This document shows, piece by piece, positions 1 to 14,025 of a stretch of DNA of 64,000 nucleotides. The stretch is from Eledone cirrhosa (taxonomy: Eukaryota). Below the pieces are notes generated by a model. That model was not told the origin of the DNA and did not search any database. It saw only the letters and a program-made list of their open reading frames with translations. Made by a program: the position numbers and the translations under genes. Every line of letters begins with the position of its first letter. Positions within the stretch are counted from its first letter, which is position 1. The DNA lies in assembly GCA_964016885.1 (NCBI GenBank), contig OZ024743.1, positions 1,612,001-1,676,000 of the forward strand. Reading direction: 5' to 3'.

Positions 1-476
1 GAGAGTTATGAGGCCTTAGATAGAGAGCGGGTAAAAAAGGACGACCGTACATCTACCAACAGGACTGCCTCGCCTCATACGACCAAACTTACCTACGAAT
101 TAATGAGTTACAATCTCCACGATCCTGTCACTCCAAACATATGGCTTCCTAGCTCTTCTGACCAAAATCAGTTGGATTACTGCGTATTGGGTGTAATTGA
201 GAGGCAAGTCAATCAACGCCCTGTAACACTATAGTCAGCCATAAATAGGACAATGTCCAGAATGGATAAAGATCATTTGATTCTGGCATGTCAACGTTTC
301 AGACCTCGTATTGAAGCAGTCATCGACGCAAACGGCAGATTCCTTGAGTACATGCGTCAAGAAAAGTGTCAAGATTATTCATATCAAATTTGTTTCTCAT
401 ATAAAACACTTCTTTCATAACGTATGCGTCTTTTACTAAATTCGTGTAAATGTCCTCAAACAAGTGGATAAACCTA
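1..476 (+). mobile_element. Tc1/mariner-superfamily transposase relic (C-terminal catalytic region) with probable right end
   Basis: Manual translation: YIYQQD (~49-67), IWLPSSSDQNQLDYCVLGVIERQVNQRP (139-222; resembles the WPPxSPDLNPLDY motif), and ACQRFRPRIEAVIDANGRFLE (~286-348). Frameshifted; ends at TA near 476. Confidence 0.75.
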
Positions 477-879
477 TATATGTATTAAAGTGCATATGTA
501 CGCATAAATACATTTAAGTTAATCTACAAATAAACGCAATAATTTAAGAAAACATTGTTAATCCATAACAAAATTATAATCATTTAATCCATACCGCCTG
601 TCTTTGTCTATGATAAAATATTGATTATTCTAATAACATATTTTCAACGCAGAGGAAAGGAATATGAATAAATACAAGTCATAGCCAGATTGTATTTTAT
701 ATCAGTTGCCTCTGAGACCACTGGTGCCGCTATCTTCTACAAAATTGCGATGAGGTTATTAGCGTCGAGGAAGAGCTGTAGGAATGGCTGATTACGAAGT
801 ACTATTCTTTTATAAATGTTATAGAATTATATTGTGCTTGCCTTATTCGAAAACATTCGAAATCTCTAACAAAGATTAC

Positions 880-970
<91 letters not shown>

Positions 971-1366
971 TGTGTGTGTGTGTGTGTGTGTGTGTAAAGA
1001 ACGAAGCTAGTTAGATGTAATTGACATAGCCTCGGTCGTTTTCTCAGTCACTCAATAATTTAATTAAGTTTGTATTATTAAAATACAGAACCAACATCTA
1101 GGGTAGAAACACATATATATATATATATGTTTGTGTGTGTGCGCACCTGAGTGTGCGCGCACGTGTGTGTGTGCGCACATGTGTGTGTGTGCGCAGGCGT
1201 GTGTGTGGGTCTGTGTGTGTGAATTCGATTCCCACACCGGGCGGCGCATTGAGCAAGATATATATATCACACACACACAGACACACACACACGTGCGCAC
1301 ACGTATATATATATATATATATATATACGCACACGTATATATATATATATATATATATACGCACAC

Positions 1367-1412
<46 letters not shown>
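880..1412. repeat. (TA)n/(TG)n microsatellite cluster
   Basis: Dinucleotide runs seen directly; the overlapping ORFs are artefacts. Confidence 0.95.
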
Positions 1413-1416
<4 letters not shown>

Positions 1417-1623
1417 ACAAGTGGAAGCTTAGTAAAATCGAAGCTTTGGCTGTGGCCAAGCAAAGTCGACTTACAATAAGGAATGAGTAGCAAAGCACTC
1501 AATAAGGGTAGGTCCTTAGAGTAATAACATACGTTTAAATAGCCTGACAAATTGAAAATTGCGGTTGGCAAAACCCAACGATTCAATACCAAAACAACGA
1601 AAGAACTAATCAGGTTAGAACAG

Positions 1624-1759
1624 ACCTGGACAGATCGAACGATATTCTACTATAGGTCCGATATGTTTCTATGAAATCCGAAATTATTTATCCAACTTAC
1701 GTAACACGTAAGCTTGTCGTATTCCATGACCGAACAGAGGATTCATTTCATCAACAGGC
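1624..1759 (-). ncRNA. Type I hammerhead ribozyme, UUGAUGA core variant, long helices II and III
   Basis: Minus strand: gcctg-TTGATGA-a atgaatcc...ggatttcat a-GAAA-ca t atcgga...ttcgat c tg-TC-caggt. Helix I gcctg/caggt, GUC site. Lies in a TA-flanked element at ~1413-1933. Confidence 0.7.
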
Positions 1760-2251
1760 ATTCCGTTCTATGGCCTCAAACTCGTGTGAAGAAACTAAAT
1801 GCGACCGCCACAATAGACAGCATTCAAACATTTCGTTGTCACGTGTTATTTCCAACAAGGGAAGCAACCCCCGGTTTTTGTCGGATAAGTTCAAAGTGTT
1901 AACAAAGGAAACAATATTTCCGTTAACCATTCCATATATATATATATATATTTATACTCGGATTTCTTTCCTAGAGTGCTTAAATTATTTGTGACTAATT
2001 CCGGTATTTTTTATGAAAGAAAACCGCGATAATATTGCTTTTTGCTGAACTCCTTATTGTAGAGTTTTGTTTTGGAATGTTTTTTTACTGTTGTTTCTTG
2101 TAAACAAACAGTCGTCTCATTCTGACGTCACCAGCCCTGTCTTTCCACATGTGCGTTTTATTTTTCATAATCACGCATGATGGTGAACTACCCTGTTTTT
2201 AAATCCCTTTTTGGCATAATAACCAGTGAGAAATTTTGGTTATCGAGTTGA

Positions 2252-2331
2252 GCTCTGCTGAGGATCGAATTCCAACCGTGACCATCTCCACTGAAAGTTT
2301 TCGTAAAATAGTCTTCAAGACTATACAGAGC
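2252..2331 (+). ncRNA. Type I hammerhead ribozyme with G12A substitution (probably inactive copy)
   Basis: gctctg-CTGAGGA-t cgaa...ttcg t-AAAA-tagtc ttcaa gacta-TA-cagagc. All three helices pair, but GAAA reads AAAA at 2305. Confidence 0.65.
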
Positions 2332-2584
2332 ATTTGTAGTTGTCCCAAATTGAAGGATGAGTATTTTAAACTTTATTTTATCATGAGTTAAGGCTCTATT
2401 GATTCTTCCCTGGATTTCACTAAATTCTGTTGGATGAATCTATATCCTGATTCTTTTTGAGTTGAGTTTGAATTATTTTTCCCACATCTTACGTTAACTA
2501 TTTCTCCCATTTTGACGCTATAGTCACTTATATATTATGGAATACTGTTGGCTTTTTGCTACAATATTTTCTATACCTTTCATT

Positions 2585-2615
<31 letters not shown>

Positions 2616-2769
2616 GTATATATATATACATATATATATAGTCCTGTAGAATCTCATATATATTAAAACTTTTATACTCTGCAATGTATTGAGTACCTTA
2701 TTTACTGTGGTTACCTCCGATTCAACCCGGAATAACGTACCGTATATATATATATATATATATATATAT

Positions 2770-2940
2770 CTATCTATCTATCTAAGGCGGGTAAAATTCC
2801 CGAGATCCATGGACGAGTTCTCTCCAGCGGTCTCTGTCCCTCATTATCGCTGCCATATCCTGCATCTCCAACAGACCAGTGTCTGTCCTTAGGGCATCAA
2901 CATATGTTAACCTTGGTCTTCCTCTTCTAGTGTGTCCATG

Positions 2941-2942
<2 letters not shown>
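2770..2942 (-). mobile_element. RTE-clade LINE 3' fragment with (TAGA)n tail
   Basis: Minus translation HGHTRRGRPRLTYVDALRTDTGLLEMQDMAAIMRDRDRWRELVHGSREFYPP* is an RTE-type C-terminus (RxRGRP...DRxxWR), followed by TAGA repeats. Confidence 0.75.
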
Positions 2943-4413
<1,471 letters not shown>

Positions 4414-4428
4414 ATTTGTGTATATATA

Positions 4429-4558
4429 TAACGAAGGAATTGTGGTAAGGAACCAGATGTCCCATAACGCACCAGAGTACTCAATACTTAGGGTAGTAGA
4501 GTGGGTAATAGAAAAAAGTCGAAACGGCTTGAGCTCTGCCATCGGGGTCATACTTTTT

Positions 4559-4561
<3 letters not shown>
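4429..4561. mobile_element. Short TA-embedded fold-back fragment of a family with an HHR 3' half (other copies 13878-14010, 23895-24118, 38778-38971)
   Basis: Shared sequence ...cataacgcacca.agtactc.ata.tt.gggtagtagagtgggtaa... plus GAAA-cggct-tgagctc-agccg-TC-ggggtc (HHR helix III with GUC). The 5' CUGANGA core is missing in all copies. Confidence 0.7.
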
Positions 4562-4617
<56 letters not shown>

Positions 4618-5235
4618 GTGAGGTTTTTTTTACAAAATGAAAAATAACCGAGGTGTCCTACACGAGTGAAAGTATAAAGAAAAAGAGATGAAATCGAAAA
4701 TGCAACTGAAGTCTTATTTTTTTTTAAAATATATATATTTATTTGGTTCCTTTACCGGTTTCGCAGTTCTTCTGCTTTTCAAAAGGTGAGTTGAGATGGA
4801 GGGTCTGTGGTTTTTCTCACATCTGGTTGGTCTCTGAATGTTACTTGTTTTATATGGAAAAAGTGGCTCGAAATTCCAGGTTTTTCGAGAAGTAATTTGA
4901 TTGGTTTGTCAATAATTATAATAAATTTCGCGCCAGTTCGCGTTACAATAGTTCTTCAAATAAGAGAGGGGGGTTGTCACAGGTTGTTTTTTCATATATG
5001 AGTGTTTGAATTTCTTTTTACTTGAAAAAAGGAGGCTCACGAAGGCTTTTTTTTGGTTGGTTATAAATGAAATTTGGCTGTCACGTGAACAAGTTTTTAT
5101 TACATTTTTGCGCCCTTATTTGGAAAACTATTCTGTAGTCTTTATAGTGAATGTTATGACAATGGAGAGATAGTGGTCAAGAGAAAATGGATTGGGAGAA
5201 ATGTTCTGGTTCAGTGAATATGGCCAGCTCTTTTT

Positions 5236-6396
5236 TATGCCAACTTAGTCATGGCATACTTAGAAGTCCAGATATATGAACAGTCCAAATCAAAATACGG
5301 ATTGAACTTCCACAAATATTTATCAGAGAATTGGAAACGCTACTTGGATGATTGCCTCATTCTTTGGTCCCACACGCTCGACCAACTGAAGGATTTCAAA
5401 AACTTAATAAACGGCATCAATAACCACATCCAATTCACAATGGAATACAGCCAAGATCAACTCCCATTTCTGGACATCTTAATCACAAAAAAAGACACAA
5501 ATATCGAAACTGACATACACTACAAACCAACAGATTCCAAACAATATCTGCTATTCACCTCCAACCATCCAAAGCACACGAAGACGAACATTCCTTTTAA
5601 CCTAGCAAGAAGAATTTGCACAATTGTCTCCAATTATGAAACGCGAAATAAAAGACTTCAAGAATTAAAGGAAATTCTACTTGAGAGAGAGTACCCACTA
5701 TTACTAATAAATAATGGAATCGAAAGGGCTACAGCAATAGGCATTGATGAATTACGGAAACAGAAACAAATTCAAGGTACGTCCAATATTCTATCATATA
5801 TCTCAACATACAACCCAAGAAATGCGGAAGCTTAAAACACTATTCACAATAACATCCCACTACTAAAACAAAACCCAAGAATGAAAAAAGCCCTTGAAAC
5901 ACACAAAATAATCAAAAGCAAAAGACAACCAAAATCACTGAAAACATTACTCACCAATGCCAAATTACCTACCACAAACCCACAACCAAGTATCAAAAAA
6001 TGTGGTCGCTCTAATTGTGGAACCTGCACTCACCTCATTGAAGGCAACACGTATACATTTAAATCAGGACAAAATATTACTGTAAAAAATCACTTCACTT
6101 GCTCATCAAAAAATCTACTTTATGCCATTAAATGTAAAGGATGCAATGAAGATTATATAGGACAAACTAAACTCACACTCAGAAACAGAATGACAGTTCA
6201 TCGCCAACAATTACGAGATCCAACCACGAGACAGATACCACTAAGTGCATATCTAGACATTTGCGCAAGTAATAAGACACCCAAATCCCAAGTCTTCCCA
6301 TTTTACCTTTGCGCTAACAATACAACAGAACAAATGCGAATAAATAAGGAAAATATGTTTATTCAAAAATATAGACCAACATTAAATAAGGTTTAA
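5236..6396 (+). pseudogene. Penelope-like RT (C-terminal half) + GIY-YIG endonuclease, one in-frame stop at 5833
   Basis: YANLVMAYLE, WKRYLDDC, LPFLDILI, YKPTDSKQYL (PLE RT and thumb); CGRSNCGTC linker; LLYAIKCKGCNEDYIGQT (GIY-YIG). ORFs 5251-5835 and 5881-6396 are in the same frame. Confidence 0.92.
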
Positions 6397-6887
6397 TATA
6401 CATTATGTCAACACCACAATATGACATACACACACACACATAACACCTTCTACTTTAGAAAATAAAAACCCGAACTAAATAAACCTTAACATACGTTTGC
6501 ACTGGCAATACAACAGCAAACACGAAAAAGTAAGGAAAATATGTTCATTCAAAAATATTCCTACTAAAGGAATCACTTTCCTACACACACACACAATATA
6601 TATATATATATATATTCTCTTCATCTTAACATGCTAACCATACTCCCACACACATAACACCCATACACACACATAACAACCCCCACACCTACAACTCCCT
6701 CCCCATTTCTACTAATAGAACCACTTTCCTACACACATATATATATACACACACACAACATATATATTCTCTCCATCTTAACATACTCGCACACACACAC
6801 ATAACACCCATATACACACACACACAACTCCCTCCCCCATCTCTACTAATAGAATCATCTTCCAATACACACATACACACACACACA

Positions 6888-6946
<59 letters not shown>

Positions 6947-7470
6947 ACACACAAGCACACAAATAAACATACATATCTTCAGTCTCAATAGAAAATCTGA
7001 ACTTTGACACCCCGGCGAGCTAGCCATATTCACTGAACCAGAACATTTCTCTCAATCCATTTTCTCTTGACCACTATCTCTCCGTTGTCATAACATTCAC
7101 TATAAAGACTACAGAATAGTTTTCCAAATAAGGGCGCAAAAATGTAATAAAAACTTGTTCACGTGACAGCCAAATTTCATTTATAACCAACCAAAAAAAA
7201 GCCTTCGTGAGCCTCCTTTTTTCAAGTAAAAAGAAATTCAAACACTCATATATGAAAAAACAACCTGTGACAACCCCCCCCCCTCTCTCTCTTATTTGAA
7301 GAACTATTGTAACGCGAACTGGCGCGCGAAATTTATTATAATTATTGACAAACCAATCAAATTACTTCTCGAAAAACCTGGAATTTCGAGCCACTTTTTC
7401 CATATAAAACAAGTAACATTCAGAGACCAACCAGATGTGAGAAAAACCACAGACCCTCCATCTCAACTCA

Positions 7471-7508
7471 CCTTTTGAAAAGCAGAAGAACTGCGAAACC
7501 GGTAAAGG
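7471..7508 (+). ncRNA. Minimal type I hammerhead in the Penelope pLTR, U3-A8 variant (inverted copy 4749-4786)
   Basis: cctt-TTGAAAA-gcag aagaa ctgc-GAAA-ccgg-TA-aagg. Palindromic helix III ACCGGU. Confidence 0.8.
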
Positions 7509-7577
7509 AACCAAATAAATATATATATTTTTTTTAAAAATAAGACTGCAGTTGCATTTTCGATTTCATCTCTTTTT

Positions 7578-7653
<76 letters not shown>

Positions 7654-7864
7654 GTAGGTCCCGGGTTGAGTCGGGGATAACCACAGTAAGTAAGGTACTC
7701 AATACATGGCAGAGTAAAGAATTTTTTTATGATAAAAAATTTTTTTGTGATATAAAAAAATTTTTATGATAAAAAAAATTTTTATGATAAAAAAAAATTT
7801 TTTTATGATAAAAAAAAATATATATATATATACATTATATATATACATATATCTATCTATATCT

Positions 7865-7910
<46 letters not shown>

Positions 7911-8050
7911 GAGTAAAATGACAGGGGGCCGTGGACTGGTGAAATTCCTTCTAAGTTTTATTTTTGCGCAAACACTATATAAATTTCAGCTGACCAGCTC
8001 TATTCTGTGGTGAACCAATATATATATATATATGCATGTATGTGTGTATG

Positions 8051-8081
<31 letters not shown>

Positions 8082-8083
8082 AA

Positions 8084-11000
8084 TTGACGGGACTAGAAGT
8101 AGCAGACAGGACCGAACAGCATGTACCTAGAAAACCGCGGGTTTCTATCAAAGATCATAAATTAGACTTTAAGACTAACCTACCGGGTAGAGTAATAGCA
8201 CCTTCCAAGTCGGACCTAGCTAGGAATATAATAGATAGGATCCTGCCAACGCTTATGAATAGAAATAGACTTAGCTTATGGACTTCCACCAAAGAGGTAA
8301 TCGACTGGTTCACAGCGCTGCCTTCCAAACAGCAAGTGGACTTCGTTCAGCTGGACATAGTAATTGTGAACAAGGCCCTCGTGAGTGCTATGGCCAGGTT
8401 CAACCTAACTAGAGGAGAAGTGGACATCATTATAGCTGCTAGAAAGACTCTAATTAGGTTTGACGGTAGATTATGGAAAAGGAGAGACAGACCCGACAGT
8501 TTCGACATCACTATGGGGTCGAGCGACTCCGCACAGGTGACGGACCTGGTGGGAATTTATCCAACCGCCTATCCACATTGTCCGCCAACACGGATGTGTT
8601 CAATCAGCACGCCGACTACTGCAACGGGGCATTGGTCAGAGCCGGTTACATAGAAGCCATAGTGTACACCCCGGACAAGGGCAAGCCGCATAACGAGGAA
8701 CGCAAACACCCGGAAACCATTAGTACTATCATAGGCAGACAAACCACCCGGGAGCACACACATAAGGATATGGATAGGAGTATTACGCACGGCAAGGAAG
8801 GCACCACGACGCATAGACAGAAGTGGGCGCATGGGAATCCTAGGGACCCCAGCACATGCAGAATGAACCGTAATAACAGCACAAACCACGAAGGGGAAAC
8901 CAAAGATAGTGAAGTAGCTAACGCAGCACAGGACATAGAACACGCTAGAGATAACACCAGGATAAAGAACACCAACAACGATACGGCGGGACACTCGGGT
9001 AGCAGGACGGAGATCAAAACTAGGGCTAGTAAACGTGTACAGAACAGCATAGTAAGTGAATGCCTTTCTCCCGACTTAAATGGTAGTTCTAAGTTAGGGA
9101 TAGAATAGGGGATGAAATAGGAGTCGGGTGTAACCAGAGAAAACAATATGACACTGCACACATTACTAGTAGCAGACGACGAAATAAGAATAGGTCTAGA
9201 AATATAACATGGTTCAATGCACCATACTGGAAGCATGTATGTATGCACTAACGTGCCAGGACTCTTCTTCAGAGCATTAGACGAGTGTTTCCCGGCATCC
9301 CACAGGTACCACAAAATATTCAACCGCCACACCGTGAAGTTCTCATTTTCCACGGCACCCAACATGGCAGAGTACATGGCCAAGGCCAACGCAATGAAAT
9401 TGAGGACACCCCACCGACAAACTTTACAGGCCTCAGGCACGTCGGGAGGGCTGAGTAGAGCGCATGGTGAAGTGGTTAGTGGTTCTGAAGATGTGCCTCG
9501 GTGTGGAGCTGTGGCCGTGGAGGACGCAACACCTGACAACAGAGACCAACAGGTGGTGAACAATGAGTCCACTACTCTGCCGGAACACCACATGAGGACC
9601 GGGGAGAACCCAAATAAGACGTCAGGCCCACATAAAGAGAATGACAAAAATGATGCACGGACATGTAACTACCGTGTAGGAGAGGAGTGCCCTCTGCAGG
9701 GAATGTGCCAGACAAGGCTCGTTGTCTACAGATGTGTGGTTACCACGCACAATGATAGGCACACCTACATGGGGGCAACATCCACGACTTTTCAATCGAG
9801 GATGTACAACCACAAGAACTCGTTCAAGGACAGGAACAAGAGACACTCCACCAGACTGGCGGACCTAATTTGGGATCTCAAAGACAGTGGCACAGAGTTT
9901 GACCTCAGCTGGAGTATTGTCCAGCTCGCAAATGCGTACTCAGCTGGCGAGATGAGGTGCAAGTTGTGCCTATCCGAGGCTATGGAGATAGTAAAACTAA
10001 AGGACGACGCAGTCAACCTCAAATCTGAAGTCATCATGGCCTGCCGACACCAACGTAAATGCACGCTCTCCGCTTTGGTGATACCAGGTGGGTCTATCTA
10101 AGGCACTACCGGTATGACAATGCCAAGTGGGGTGCATGCGGCGGAACACGATATGCCGCAGCATGAATACACGGCTGGACAAGCTGATATCAGCGACAGA
10201 TCCAACGATACCTACCTCGTAACGTACCTTGGATAACACCATCCCACCAACTCGGGGACACCGACTCATTATAAGTCTGATTTTGTCTACAACCTTATGT
10301 GTGGTTTTGAATTTTTTATTTTTAACTTTTAATTTTCGATTCGTGATATTTAATTTGCAACTTTGATGTTGGACTTGATGCGTATCTTAAGATTAGTGTT
10401 GCAGTTAATTCTAACTTTGCCTGCCGTTGCTATCTACACGCCTAAAACACAAGCCGCTGCTATATTCCACTTATGCATCCATTCCACATACATTTCATAT
10501 ATACTGTTATGAAACACATATTCTATACATTCACGATATATTCCATGTATGCATCCATTCCATGTACATTTCATATATACTATTGTGGAAAGGATATTCT
10601 ACACATTCACAATATATATTACTTGTTTGCGTATGCACACACGGTCCCCTGTGTCCACCTGTCTCATGTGCATGGTTGATGTGCACGCTCTTACCCAGTC
10701 CCTTGGATCGTCAGCCCCTCTATATTTTATATAACCCTATGCACCACGGCCCTCAAGTATTTTTATGCAACTTTATGCACATCCCAATAATGTCCGGGTG
10801 ACGTGAACAGACACTCCTCTGCATCTTTGTCATGTATACATTCCTTTTTCCAGTATTTCATTTTATCTTATTTTATTTTATTTTATTTTATTTTATTTTA
10901 TATACATACACGCATTTATATATAGGTGCCACCCATGTTATCTGTGATTAGGGTATGACTACTACGTAGCTATTACATTTATGAATATTGTGCATGCACT

Positions 11001-11787
11001 TTCAGGCTTATATCGCCACATGAATGGGTTGGGTACAAGCCTCAAGAATGTTATCTCATTTAATATTGTATCCGCCATGTGTACAGTTGCGTGTGTGTGT
11101 GGATGTGTAGGTATTCAAGTATGTGCTTTTTTGGAGATGTGTAAGCATGCCCATGTGCGGGTACATGTATGTACGCATATATGCGTACATGCATATGTAT
11201 GCATGTCTGGGTGGATGTATTTATATGTCTGTGTAAGTCTATTTTTATTCATATGTTCATATTCGCAACAACGCAGCACGCCATATTTCATGCACATATA
11301 TTTTTTCCCTTCGCTGTGGTTCGTATTTTTTCTGTCACCTTACTGCTATCCCCTTTTTCTCTCTTCCCCTTCTCTCTCCTTCACCTCTTGCTTTCCTCCA
11401 CTCCCGCTGCTGGTCATTCACTCTCGGCTGGCCCCTTCCTCACACTTTCACTCACTCACTCTCTGCTACCCCTCCTCTCTCACTTCCTCCCGTCTGACCT
11501 GCTTGAATTTCTTTCCTCTCTCAATCTTCTCGTGGCTTGGACGTGTCTATTTCTTCTCGTCATTTGATTTGTCGGACTTAAACCCACAAGATTCATTGAC
11601 TTGTCTCTCTTTTCCTCTCTTTACGTTGCATTACTACCATGCTGTTTGTTTCCTTTCCTCTGTTTTCCTCTGTCCTGATAACTTTATTTAGTTATCACTC
11701 GCACTGATTTTAGGTATCTAGTCTTTAATGCGAAGAAATACCAACGATAATCAGCAGACTACTGATGAAGAACATTCTTGTTTCTTG

Positions 11788-11791
<4 letters not shown>
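8084..11791 (+). mobile_element. Degenerate Penelope-like element (Nematis-like by endonuclease motif) with long 3' UTR, in (TA)n
   Basis: RT remnants PRVSIKDHKLDF, DFVQLDI and FDITMGSSDSAQVTDLVGIY; GIY-YIG region in 9217-10101; TA tracts on both sides. Confidence 0.8.
9217..10101 (+). pseudogene. Penelope-like linker + GIY-YIG endonuclease
   Basis: CPLQGMCQTRLVVYRCVV...TYMGATSTTFQSRMYNHKNSF...IWDLK...WSIV...RCKLCLSE...LKSEVIMACRH. Confidence 0.8.
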
Positions 11792-11837
<46 letters not shown>

Positions 11838-12202
11838 GTATGTCGTGTTTTCAATATAACATCTTTTCTTTTTAAAGATAAGCTGTTCTTATATTTGTAT
11901 ACACATATATATTCACGTAGATATACATATATACCAATTTATCCATATTTAGGCACGTAACTGCTTGTGCGAGTTGTGCTCTTATAAATGTAAATTACTA
12001 CACATATTAACAATCCCCAAAAATGGTTGTTTAGTCTCACGAACCACATTGTGGAAAAATAGAAAAATAAACATTATTGCATTGATCGATGGTGGTTTTA
12101 GTTTTCATATTGTTTCAATATTTGTATTTTGAGCCAATAGTTTCTCACTAACACCTGTTCAAATGAGTCAATGAATATACAATATATATATATGCAGTAT
12201 AA

Positions 12203-12301
<99 letters not shown>

Positions 12302-13276
12302 CAGTGGCGGACTGGCCAGGTTGCCCAATCGTAAGTGGGACAAGTACCATTGGGCAAGTGTGCCCATAGTAGGATTGCCGAGCCCACTGTAGTATTTTAG
12401 GAGCCAATGCATCGCTTTCAAAAAATAACTGAAATCTAAAAGAAAGAATGAATTTTTGTTTTAAATAAATGAAACAATTACGCAAAGTATTTGGTCAACC
12501 AAGGAGGGGGAGAAATGAGGTGGAACAGAAATGAAACATGAATTGCGGGTTAAAATGTAGTCTAGATAGATCAGAAACAAAACAAGGATGTTGTTTATGG
12601 AACACCTAAATGATTTAGAAGTCGACCTTAAGCAGGAGCAATAACATTAAGAAAGACATGAACGCTACCACATCATTTTGTTTTGAAAATTTTGAAAGTA
12701 TGTTTATAAGTATGAATTTTCATAAGATTTCCGTAGCTGTCTCAGTGGCCTAGCGGTAGGTACTAGAGATGGTGGAGATCCTGGCCTTGGGTTCAATCCT
12801 GGTCAAGAGGTACATGTAACCTTTTTTCAGTTTTTATTTTATAATCCATAGAAAAAACTGAAAAGGTTTATTGGGAACCCTACTCCCGACCAGGATCACC
12901 ACCCTCTATGATTCCTCCAACCTGGCCACCGAGACAGCTACAAAAGTATAATGAAAATTGATAATTATAAACCTACTTTCAAAATCAAAGTTAAAAAGAT
13001 GTGGTGTTGTTCATGTCTTTCTTGAGCTATTAGTAATATTTAGGGTCGACTTCTGATCATTATTGAAAGTCTCTGGATTTCGCAAAATACATAATATTTT
13101 TATTGGAGAAGGTAAGATTTTTTCCGCAAAATTTAATTGCACTGTTTTGTTTCCACTTATGTTATTTTTCGAAAATGTTATTTATTCATTATAAAAATTA
13201 AATGGTAGCATTCTATATGTAGGTGGGTCCCATTCGTCTCTTGGCAACCAATATTTTTAGACCCAGTCCGCCACTG
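12302..13276. mobile_element. Non-autonomous DNA transposon (hAT-like MITE)
   Basis: Perfect 14-bp TIR cagtggcggactgg/ccagtccgccactg; TA-rich flanks; internal inverted repeat ~12618-13053. Confidence 0.75.
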
Positions 13277-13827
13277 TATATATGAATATAAATATATATG
13301 TGTGTGTATGTGTGTGTGAACGTACTAGCATGTGGCTAGGTGTATTTGTACATGTGTTTGTGTCTACAACCATGTGGATATGTGTGTGTGCGCGAGCGCG
13401 TGTGTGTGTGTGTGTGTGTGTGTGCATATGTAGTAAAGAATCCTTGATAAGTAAAACATTCTTTTTTTTCTATTTTCTTCGGCACAAGTGGTTCTATTGA
13501 CGTTATGTATGATGTACACTAGTCGGTACTAAAGAAACATCTTTATGGCTACGTCTGTATACATTTTATTTATGCTGATTTGTTACATAGGTACCACACT
13601 CGTGTATAACAATAAGAGAAACAAGCACATAGACAATATATTATTGGTAGACGCGAAGTAGCTGCATTGATAGGATTTTCCGGCAGTTGCTCGTAATTTT
13701 TAGATGGATACCACAAGAGTCCTTTTGATATGGTTCTGAAACTTTGTTCTATATTGTTTAGTTCACCAAGTAGTCCTTAAGAACAATGCCGTGATATGTA
13801 AATATGTTCATTAGAAAAAAACGATGA

Positions 13828-13880
<53 letters not shown>

Positions 13881-14025
13881 AAAAGAGTCAGGATCCCGAC
13901 GGCTGAGACCCGGCCGTTAGCTGTTTTCATGTTACCCACTCTACTACCCTAAGTATCGAGTACTCTGGTGCGTTATGGTCCACCTGGTATCTTACCACGC
14001 TTCTTTGTTATATATATATATATTT

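Larger units (their letters stand above)
4612..7582 (+). mobile_element. Penelope-like element, 5'-truncated, with inverted 5' pseudo-LTR, inserted in (TA)n
   Basis: ~4672-5229 is the reverse complement of ~7017-7582. RT and GIY-YIG coding region lies between; an HHR is present in each pLTR. Confidence 0.92.

Noticed and set aside
590-655. UUGAAAA-tatg...cata on the minus strand as an HHR
   Set aside because: Followed by GACA rather than GAAA, and no helix I partner.
8569-9647. Minus-strand 333-aa and 141-aa ORFs
   Set aside because: Antisense shadows of the Penelope coding region.
10690-10720. CUGACGA on the minus strand in the Penelope 3' UTR
   Set aside because: No GAAA or helix III at a suitable position.
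12735-12805. tRNA gene
   Set aside because: A/B-box-like motifs only, no complete cloverleaf; the same applies to SINE heads elsewhere.
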